Assembly (NCBI GenBank): GCA_963828195.1
Contig: CAWHDT010000005.1
Coordinates: 160,001 to 224,000, forward strand
Length of the DNA: 64,000 bases
Source of the DNA: Candidatus Bathyarchaeota archaeon
GTDB lineage: Archaea > Thermoproteota > Bathyarchaeia > Bathyarchaeales > Bathycorpusculaceae
Direction of reading: 5' to 3'
The notes beneath the pieces were generated by a model. The model saw nothing but the letters and a program-made list of their open reading frames with translations, did no database searches and had not been told where the DNA came from. This document shows positions 56,615 to 64,000 of this stretch, in pieces. The translations under genes and the position numbers were made by a program. Numbering within the stretch: the stretch's first letter is position 1; each line of letters opens with the position of its first letter.

Positions 56615-57847
56615 CTACTCCCTTAATCCCCAATATTTCACCTGCGTTTCCACTTGTCCAGTTTTGGCGATTTGCATTAGGTCTTCGAAGATTCTTCGCA
56701 GATCACGTGGGCTTGTGTCTCTTCCGCCTAAACCGAAAATGTAGTTTACGATGGTTGGGTGAATATCTGAGTCGTACAGTGCATTTCTCACTTCAGTAAA
56801 TACTGCGCCGCCGAAGGCGCCGAAACTCATGCTTTTATCCATAACCGCCAGTGTTTTGACGTTTTTGAGTGCAGTTCGAAGTTCTTCGATGGGGAACGGG
56901 CGGAACGTTCGTAATCGCAGAATCCCTGCTTTGATGCCTTCTTGCCTGAGTTGATCAACAATTACCTTTAAGGTTCCAGCTGTGGAGCCCACAACCACAA
57001 TTGCAATTTCAGCGTCAGCTAGTTGATATGCATCTACGAGTCCGTCGCCGTAGCTTCTGCCACTTAGTTTGCCGTATTCAATATTGATTTCTTGAATCTT
57101 TTTTAGGGCATTTCGCATCCCCTCGTCCTGCTGCCTTTTGAATTCAAAATAGAAATTCGGCGAAACATTTGGCCCCATGGTCATAGGGTTTTCAGGGTCA
57201 AGCTTGTATGGCACGTTTTTTCCCTGCTGTGTAAAAACGGAGGGCAACGGTCTTTCTCCAACGAACTCTTTGACTGTATCTTCCGCGAGCACATCTACCT
57301 TTTCAAGTGTATGGCTAATTGTGAAACCGTCTAAACCAACAATTATGGGCAACGAGACACCAACGTCCTCAGCTATCTTGAAAGCTTGAATGATGGAGTC
57401 ATAGGCTTCCTGAGCGTTTTCCACGTAAATCTGGATCCACCCGCTATCTCGCTCCGCCATGCTGTCGGATTGGTCGCCGTGAATATTGAGCGGCGAAGAC
57501 AAGGCGCGGTTAGCAACCGCCATCACAACGGGAACACGAGAACCTGAAGTTACAAAAAGCATCTCATGCATCAAAGCTAACCCGGCGGATGCGCTGGCGG
57601 TAAAAGTTCTAGCTCCAACCGCTGCTGCTGAAAGACACGCGGTCATAGCGCTGTGCTCTGATTCAGTGCAGACAAACTCTGTCTGGACTTCTCCGTTAGC
57701 TACGTATTCACTGAATTTCTCAACAATGATTGTTTGAGGTGTAATAGGGTAGGCAGCAACGACGTCAACGTCGCATTGTTTAACGGCGAAGGCAACAGCT
57801 TCATCTCCGTTTAAAGCCATAGTTTCCTGTTTAGTTTGTTTCTGCAT
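56615..57847 (-). CDS. porA: Pyruvate:ferredoxin oxidoreductase alpha subunit
   Basis: AYPITPQT, ESEHSA, NRAL..P.NI.GD.SD. Confidence 0.95.
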   Translation of the reverse strand: MQKQTKQETMALNGDEAVAFAVKQCDVDVVAAYPITPQTIIVEKFSEYVANGEVQTEFVCTESEHSAMTACLSAAAVGARTFTASASAGLALMHEMLFVTSGSRVPVVMAVANRALSSPLNIHGDQSDSMAERDSGWIQIYVENAQEAYDSIIQAFKIAEDVGVSLPIIVGLDGFTISHTLEKVDVLAEDTVKEFVGERPLPSVFTQQGKNVPYKLDPENPMTMGPNVSPNFYFEFKRQQDEGMRNALKKIQEINIEYGKLSGRSYGDGLVDAYQLADAEIAIVVVGSTAGTLKVIVDQLRQEGIKAGILRLRTFRPFPIEELRTALKNVKTLAVMDKSMSFGAFGGAVFTEVRNALYDSDIHPTIVNYIFGLGGRDTSPRDLRRIFEDLMQIAKTGQVETQVKYWGLRE

Positions 57848-57852
57848 GCTTT

Positions 57853-58134
57853 TTACTCCTTTTCCATTTTCATGGTTATCGCTTTAGTTGGGCACTCGTT
57901 TGCGCATATTCCGCATCCTTTACAGAAACTCATGTCAAACCAGATTTGCCCCTTATCTGGAGTCAATTTTATTGCCCCTTCAGGACAAAACATCACGCAA
58001 GTTAAGCAAAGAGTGCATTTTTGCAGGTCCCGCACGGGCATGTAGGTTTTCCAGTCGCCAGTCAAAAAGCCCACGCTTGATTTTGTGCAGACTCCCGCTA
58101 TAGGAAGATCTTTCCAGCCTTTTTCTTTACTCAT
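57853..58134 (-). CDS. porD: Pyruvate:ferredoxin oxidoreductase delta subunit
   Basis: TGDWK..P, CTLCLTCVMFCP, CKGCGICANECP. Confidence 0.94.
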   Translation of the reverse strand: MSKEKGWKDLPIAGVCTKSSVGFLTGDWKTYMPVRDLQKCTLCLTCVMFCPEGAIKLTPDKGQIWFDMSFCKGCGICANECPTKAITMKMEKE

Positions 58135-58694
58135 TCAGTTTTTGCCTCCAGATAAGATTCCTTGATAATCGCGAAGTTTTTCTCCGCTAAGTCCGCTCTG
58201 AAACGTCCCTTCAGCGTCTTCTGTATGCCTTCCAAAGTTACTATTCCAGTTGCTTTAGCGACGCAACCCAACATTGCGGTGTTTGTTATTGGGGAACCCA
58301 AAATTTTTATGGCAATTTCGGTTGCTGGGACCGTCCACACTTTGCCTTTCGCCACCTTAAGTTTTTCTTTCAGTACACTGGGTTCCTCAGGGGAATTGAT
58401 GATCAGTATGTCTTCATCATCGTTCAATCCAGCTGTAACTGGAACAGATTTGAGCAGAGTGTTATCTAAAACCACAACAACGTCTGGCTCATAAATAGCG
58501 CAATGTAATCTTATTGGTTCAGTGCTTATTCTCGTAAACGCGGTCACTGGTGCACCCATTCGTTCAGGCCCAAATTCAGGAAATGACTGAATGTACTTGC
58601 CTTCGTCGAGGGCTGTCCTTGCCAACAGTTCGCTGGCTGTCCATGCTCCTTGACCGCCTCTACCATGCCATCTAAACTCAATCATGCTTTTCAA
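58131..58694 (-). CDS. porG: Pyruvate:ferredoxin oxidoreductase gamma subunit
   Basis: RWHGRGGQGA, FGPERMGAPV, NTAMLG. Confidence 0.94.
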   Translation of the reverse strand: MKSMIEFRWHGRGGQGAWTASELLARTALDEGKYIQSFPEFGPERMGAPVTAFTRISTEPIRLHCAIYEPDVVVVLDNTLLKSVPVTAGLNDDEDILIINSPEEPSVLKEKLKVAKGKVWTVPATEIAIKILGSPITNTAMLGCVAKATGIVTLEGIQKTLKGRFRADLAEKNFAIIKESYLEAKTE

Positions 58695-59011
58695 ATAATC
58701 CTATTCTCCGAACGCGGTTTTGTACTAAATAGTCAAATACCTTGATATATTTTTCTACTAAACTGTCAAATTTTCCGTTTAATGTAAAAATTGGGCTTTT
58801 TAAAAGTTGACAAAGTTATGATTATTGCAATTATAAGGTTAGTCAAAGTTCATGCATAAGAAACATAGCAAATGAGCATTCGATTTGGGGAAACTTTTGG
58901 CAAAATCGAATATTTTTTCGTAAGAAGTATGGGTGAGCTTAGGTTGTTGCTGTTTTGTGCTAATCACATATTCTTAAATGAAACAAAAAGACACCGTTAT
59001 ATTGATATCTT

Positions 59012-59809
59012 TTGTTTAGAAATAAAAAGAATGCAAGTATAGTGGTGACAATAATCGTCATTATTGTTATTGCGCTGCTTGTCATAGAGTACTTTATGCC
59101 GTTGAACTTCAGCAGTCTTTCTAAGCCGCCAGAACTTCCCATCCCCGCGGTTTCAGTAGCTCGAAACTGGGCAGGATACGCCGTTGCCACCAATTTCTTA
59201 ACTCCGCAACCAAACGTTCAAGGAGTAAGCGCCTCTTGGAACGTGCCCACAGTCGAAAATACCGGGACAAATGCTTATTCATCCGTTTGGATTGGCGTAG
59301 GCGGGCAGTTTGACAAAACGCTGATTCAGGTTGGCACAGAACAGGATTACACGAATGGGGCGGCACAGTATTCTGCATGGTATGAAATGCTTCCAAGCAA
59401 CTCTGTTTCTATCAGCTCAATGCATGTGTCTCCAGGAGATCAAATGTCGGCTTCGATTTCTCTGGTGGATTCAAACACTAACTTATGGTTTATTTCCATG
59501 CAGGATTTATCAACTCATGAGAGTTTTCAGAGCAACTTCACCTATAGCTCCGAAAAGTTAAGTGCTGAATGGATCGTTGAAAGACCCGAAATCAACAATG
59601 CCCTATCTCAGTTAGCCGATTTTAGCGGCGTCACCTTCACCGACTGCCAAGCCACTTTGTCTGGGAAAACGGGTGGAATAACTGATTTTTCCTACAACAT
59701 CGTTGTTATGGATCCACAGATAATAAATAATCGTTCAGTACAGTTAGTTAATATTTCTGGCTTTAAAAACGCAGGCACCCAGTTTACAGTGAGCTATTCA
59801 GCTACGTAA
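59012..59809 (+). CDS. Membrane-anchored G1 family glutamic peptidase
   Basis: NWAGY, ASWNVP, WIGVGG, LIQVGTEQ (catalytic Q), AWYE, SAEWIVERP (catalytic E). Confidence 0.9.
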   Translation: MFRNKKNASIVVTIIVIIVIALLVIEYFMPLNFSSLSKPPELPIPAVSVARNWAGYAVATNFLTPQPNVQGVSASWNVPTVENTGTNAYSSVWIGVGGQFDKTLIQVGTEQDYTNGAAQYSAWYEMLPSNSVSISSMHVSPGDQMSASISLVDSNTNLWFISMQDLSTHESFQSNFTYSSEKLSAEWIVERPEINNALSQLADFSGVTFTDCQATLSGKTGGITDFSYNIVVMDPQIINNRSVQLVNISGFKNAGTQFTVSYSAT

Positions 59810-59834
59810 ATTTCAATTTTTTTGGAAAAAAGCC

Positions 59835-59963
59835 CTATTTTATTACCTTGAATTCGTTTTTGCATTCTCCACAGGTATATGCTTCGATTACGAAGAAACT
59901 GTTCTTTAACACTGCTTGTGGTTTTGAAGTAACTTCTTTGTGGCAATATCGGCATTCGGTCAT
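59835..59963 (-). CDS. Small zinc-ribbon protein (42 aa, not in ORF track)
   Basis: MTECRYCHKEVTSKPQAVLKNSFFVIEAYTCGECKNEFKVIK; AGGAGA RBS upstream. Confidence 0.78.
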   Translation of the reverse strand: MTECRYCHKEVTSKPQAVLKNSFFVIEAYTCGECKNEFKVIK

Positions 59964-60172
59964 ATTTGAATTATCTCCTGTAGTACGATACAATACTTTA
60001 AGCATATATAACCTTATTTGTCACACCCTGCACCAACCAAAAAACAAAAAATTTACCTCTGATCCCAGGCAATTACCAATATTTGCCACAGGGGACTAGG
60101 CAAAAGTTATATTTGCCTCGAGCATAGGAATAAACATTCACAGATTTTAAAGTGAAGAAGGGTGAAGGGGCT

Positions 60173-61633
60173 ATGGCAGAGGTAGTGTTAACTGCTGACA
60201 GGACTTTAATGAGCAACTATCACAATAACGAGTTTCTCGGGTTCGGTACATGTGCCCCTCCAAATTTTATTCCAGAATGGCTCTACAGCTACCTGTTCTT
60301 TCCACCCATAAAAACAAAAAATAGCCACCCCACACAAGCACCCTACGGACTGCGGAAAACTGAAGCCCAGCTTTTAAAAGACGGCTTCCACGTTGAAACA
60401 GTAAGCCCAAAACATCTAAGCCGCTACCTTAAAGACGCAAAAATTCTCGGCGTACACGCGATGGACCCATTCGGGTTAGGTCCTGCCTCCACAACTTTAG
60501 CGTCACTCTTCAAAAAAGAATCTTACCTCGCAAAACATTTTCATGCATTACTGGACGATCCAGCCATTAAAAAAGCGAAGCAAAATGGGTTAAAAATTGT
60601 TGTTGGCGGACCTGGCGCATGGCAGTTCCATTACCGAGAAAAAGCCGTTAAAGACTTAGGTATTGACTGCGTTGTTGAAGGCGAAGCGGAAAATGTCATT
60701 GGGAAACTTTTTAGGGCAATAATTGAAGGTCAAGAAATTCCCAGTCATTATGAAGTTGGAGTCGACCAGTCGCCTAGTTTAGAGGAGATCCCCGATATTG
60801 TTAAGCCTTCAATTAACGGTTTAGTTGAGCTTGGAAGAGGCTGCTGCAGAGGCTGCCAGTTCTGCAATGTCACTTTGAGGCCTCTTAGGTGGTACCCGAT
60901 TGAAAAGGTTGAGCGTGAATTAAGCGTTAACATTGATTCTGGCATTAAAGGTGTTTGCCTCCACGCAGAAGACGTGATGCTCTACGGCTCAAAAAACACG
61001 ACACCGAACGAAGAAAAACTTGTGGCGCTGCACGAATTAGTAACTAAAAAGGTTAATGGGGTCAGTTGGAGCCACTGTTCGCTGGCTGCTGTTGCATCAA
61101 AACCCAAGCTGCTAGCAAAGCTATCCGAACTTATCTTGCAGAACCAAAAGTGGTGGGGCGCAGAAGTTGGAATAGAAACGGGTTCTTCAGAGATTGCAAA
61201 GAAGATCATGCCCGCTAAGGCGCATCCTTTTAGCGCTGACAACTGGCATGACGTTGTGGTTCAGGGTCTAGGCGTGATGCATGACAACATGCTTGCTCCA
61301 GCCTGCACGTTGATTGTTGGGTTGCCTGACGAGACTGAATCAGATATTCTTAAAACGATGGATTTAGTTGACGACTTGAAAGACATGCGGTGCCTCATAG
61401 TGCCCTTGTTCTTTGTGCCGCTGGGTCATTTGACAAATGAAGACTGGTTCACCAACACTAAACTGAATGATTTGCACAAGAAACTTTTGATTCAATGCGC
61501 CGAACGTGACTTCCGCTGGGTAGACAACCTGATTGACTTGTCATTTGAGGATAAGTGGTATCAGCATATTACGAAAGAATTCTATAAGGGGTTCTCGGCA
61601 ATAGCAAAATACAAAGTGCGTCAAATAGAATAG
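60173..61633 (+). CDS. Radical SAM protein (archaeal, B12-binding-like N-terminal domain)
   Basis: VVLTADRTLMS, APYGLRK.EA, GRGCCRGCQFC, GIETGS. Confidence 0.88.
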   Translation: MAEVVLTADRTLMSNYHNNEFLGFGTCAPPNFIPEWLYSYLFFPPIKTKNSHPTQAPYGLRKTEAQLLKDGFHVETVSPKHLSRYLKDAKILGVHAMDPFGLGPASTTLASLFKKESYLAKHFHALLDDPAIKKAKQNGLKIVVGGPGAWQFHYREKAVKDLGIDCVVEGEAENVIGKLFRAIIEGQEIPSHYEVGVDQSPSLEEIPDIVKPSINGLVELGRGCCRGCQFCNVTLRPLRWYPIEKVERELSVNIDSGIKGVCLHAEDVMLYGSKNTTPNEEKLVALHELVTKKVNGVSWSHCSLAAVASKPKLLAKLSELILQNQKWWGAEVGIETGSSEIAKKIMPAKAHPFSADNWHDVVVQGLGVMHDNMLAPACTLIVGLPDETESDILKTMDLVDDLKDMRCLIVPLFFVPLGHLTNEDWFTNTKLNDLHKKLLIQCAERDFRWVDNLIDLSFEDKWYQHITKEFYKGFSAIAKYKVRQIE

Positions 61634-62064
61634 TTTGAGAAAAAGTTTTCCGTCGATTAAATAATCGGCAGTTGCCCTGAAAAGGGTTTTAAGAAGGCGG
61701 ATTTAATTGGGCTCTTAGGTTTCGCGTTTTTTTCATTAACGCAATCTTCTTCTTTCCCTGTTTAGTATTGGTTTTTGTTCGGAAAATGACTCCGTGAGTA
61801 TTTTGATAGAATTTGTTTCCTTTATTTCTCAAGATAATTCAACCTTTGCTTACAGATGGGAAACTGATTATTTGAGTGTACCTATAGTTTTTCTTCTAAA
61901 TCTAACATAAAAATTACAAAGTTAAACAACATGTGCTTGTGGCTTAATCGCCTGAACTTTTGTGCAAATTTTTCTGAAACAAAATGGGTGCTCGGCTTGT
62001 TGCCCTAAGAAAACAAAAACAAAATTACAAATAGGTCAAAGTTTGACCACTGGGGTCTTTTCCG

Positions 62065-62277
62065 CTAAGGCGTAAAAATAGTCAAGTAATCATTTTTCAT
62101 TTCGAACAACAAATGCTTCTTCTTTAGAAATATTTCGATTCGACGACGATCAAAATCGCCTCTAACCTGCAATTGAGATTTATCAGGACTTCTCTGTTCA
62201 ATAAGCACTAAATTTGGGTTAACAAGTTGGTTAGCGCCCAATTCGCTTAAAATAACCGCAGCCTCTTTTCTATCCAC
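62065..62277 (-). CDS. Small hypothetical protein
   Basis: 70 aa; GGGGAAG RBS before GTG; resembles 37098-37349. Confidence 0.65.
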   Translation of the reverse strand: MDRKEAAVILSELGANQLVNPNLVLIEQRSPDKSQLQVRGDFDRRRIEIFLKKKHLLFEMKNDYLTIFTP

Positions 62278-62581
62278 ATTCTTCCCCTACCGTACAAGAG
62301 AACTATGCGAGACTAATTAACCATTACCCCAAAAATTATGGATAACCAACCTAAGACACCGCGTAGATCCAAAAACTAAATGAGAATTAGGAATCCGCCG
62401 TTTGCCACCGCACATAAGCATCGAATTATGCGATTTATCTTAACTGTACATTGCTTCTAATGAGCCGCCTAAACGCGCAAAAAGATTTAGTTTTCAAGCT
62501 TGTTCAATGGTTGTTTCGTCGGGAAAGATTATACTTAAATAGTATATTGAAACTGAAAAGTGGATTAGGGCTTTATGATGT

Positions 62582-62658
62582 GCCGTCGTGGCTCAGCCCG
62601 GTAGAGCGGCTGGCTGTTAACCAGTCGGTCAAAGGTCCGAATCCTTTCGACGGCGCCA
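62582..62658 (+). tRNA. tRNA-Asn(GUU), intronless, CCA encoded
   Basis: Acceptor stem gccgtcg/cgacggc; D arm gctc/gagc; anticodon arm gctgg-ctGTTaa-ccagt; T arm aaagg-tccgaat-ccttt. Confidence 0.96.
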
Positions 62659-62764
62659 CTCCCGCTTCCACAAACTACCGTTTTTATGAAAAGTTCCCCT
62701 TCAATGATCTTTTTGTTTATGTCACAACCATCTTAAAACTGCTATTGTATATAGAAATTCATAT

Positions 62765-62782
62765 ATATAGAATTCTCTATAT
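62765..62782. repeat. 18-bp inverted repeat, left arm
   Basis: atatagaattctctatat is the exact reverse complement of 63967-63984. Confidence 0.8.
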
Positions 62783-62801
62783 TTGAGGTCGGCGCAAAAC
62801 A

Positions 62802-63956
62802 ATGGTGGTCGTAGGCAAACCTCAAAAAGAAGTTATCGATCGGGAAGAAGAGATAGAAAAACTTGTTAAAAGCCTGTCAGATCCCTCTAAACAAGTTAAT
62901 TATGCGCTAATTGGTCCTCGACGCATCGGGAAGACAACGATACTTCTGAAAGTCAAAGAGCAGCTTGAAAATAACAAAATAATTGTCGCTTACGTGGATC
63001 TCTCAATTTACAAGTTTTCTCCTTATGATTTTGCGCAAAACATAATGTCTCAGGTCACTCGGGCTTATGCCAAAGATCTGGGCAAGACAGAAAAAGCTTC
63101 AACCATCATAGCTAATCTCTTAAAAACTTTGACGAAACTAAAGAAACTCCGTTTAACGTTAGAGCCTTCCATAGATGAAACAGGACAATTCTCCATCAAA
63201 ATAAGACCCGAAATAGAAGAAACCCAGGATTACAAGAACATTTTCCTCTTAGCTTTTGATTACTTCAATGAAGTTTCAAAAAAATGTGGCAAGCGAATAG
63301 TGATAATGATTGATGAGTTTCCCAGCATAATCGAATTTAAACGTTATTCTACTTTAGAAGCGATTACGGAGATTTTTAGAAGCGTTCTTGAAAACAGGGA
63401 AAACGTGCAATATGTCGTCAGCGGCTCTAGAGTTCATTATATGAGGGACATTCTTGGGAAGGGAGAAAGCCCATTATTTGGGCACTTTGTCATTGTAGAA
63501 GTTGGATCATTGCCTGAAGAATATGCAGTTCAATTATACATGCAAAGTGCTAAATCGACCAGAAAAGAGGCGGAAGAGGCATGGAAAATACTAGGGGGTC
63601 ACCCATATTACCTCATAATGTTGGCTGAAAACCGCAAACCCGATGAATCCGTAGAAGAAACATACGAGAGAATTCTCACAAGTTCCTCCGGCGCACTAAA
63701 CTTGTATGTTAACTACATTTTGAAAGATGATTTAGGCTCCTCAACAAAAGAAGCACGCCTCATGCGAATCCTACAAGCAATCTCACGGGGAAACAACACT
63801 TCAGCCCAAATCGCCAAACAAGTAAACCTGAAACTTACTAGTTTACCATTCTATCTTCAAGAGCTAGAAAAATACGACTTGATCGCGAGAAAAGAAGGAA
63901 AATACCAAATTAAAGATAAGATCGTCAATGATTATTTTACGAAGCTGCAAGAATAG
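62802..63956 (+). CDS. Archaeal P-loop ATPase (ATPase_2/STAND-like) with C-terminal winged helix
   Basis: IDREEE, Walker A GPRRIGKTT, Walker B IMIDEF, VSGS, GGHPYYL, C-terminal HTH. Confidence 0.9.
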   Translation: MVVVGKPQKEVIDREEEIEKLVKSLSDPSKQVNYALIGPRRIGKTTILLKVKEQLENNKIIVAYVDLSIYKFSPYDFAQNIMSQVTRAYAKDLGKTEKASTIIANLLKTLTKLKKLRLTLEPSIDETGQFSIKIRPEIEETQDYKNIFLLAFDYFNEVSKKCGKRIVIMIDEFPSIIEFKRYSTLEAITEIFRSVLENRENVQYVVSGSRVHYMRDILGKGESPLFGHFVIVEVGSLPEEYAVQLYMQSAKSTRKEAEEAWKILGGHPYYLIMLAENRKPDESVEETYERILTSSSGALNLYVNYILKDDLGSSTKEARLMRILQAISRGNNTSAQIAKQVNLKLTSLPFYLQELEKYDLIARKEGKYQIKDKIVNDYFTKLQE

Positions 63957-63966
63957 ATTTTTCTAT

Positions 63967-63984
63967 ATATAGAGAATTCTATAT
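63967..63984. repeat. 18-bp inverted repeat, right arm
   Basis: atatagagaattctatat, starting 11 bp after the ATPase stop. Confidence 0.8.
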
Positions 63985-64000
63985 GTCTAAAAAAGGCCAC

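Noticed and set aside
62451-62786. 111-aa ORF in the ORF track
   Set aside because: It spans the tRNA-Asn gene and its promoter; spurious

Overview
This 64 kb window is archaeal chromosomal DNA. Gene content suggests class Bathyarchaeia (inference): CdvB-like ESCRT-III, eL13, eL15, Rpp30/Pop5, many PQQ/YVTN/cohesin surface proteins, and a Nuo/Fpo-like [NiFe] hydrogenase. Core features are proBA, an orphan ESCRT-III gene, a 10-gene complex-I-like energy-converting hydrogenase operon (Hfo type), serA/glyA, an MscS/ClC/P-type H+-ATPase cluster, a MarR-ABC exporter, mgsA, two radical SAM genes, the eL15-eL13-COG1325-Rpp30-Pop5 cluster, a Re-citrate-synthase-like enzyme, porGDAB and tRNA-Asn. The most notable observations are: (1) a DUF5678-like/retropepsin two-gene cassette where psmA usually follows pop5; (2) an ATPase-wHTH gene just after tRNA-Asn, bracketed by an exact 18-bp inverted repeat; (3) a structured K-turn-like RNA leader upstream of eL15; (4) a dispersed (GAA)n/(TTC)n hairpin found twice, about 41.6 kb apart; (5) a transmembrane HTH regulator coupled to a cohesin surface protein; (6) three small ORFs missed by the ORF track. 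No CRISPR array, rRNA, transposase or integrase was recognised. All calls come from reading motifs by eye; no database searches were run.
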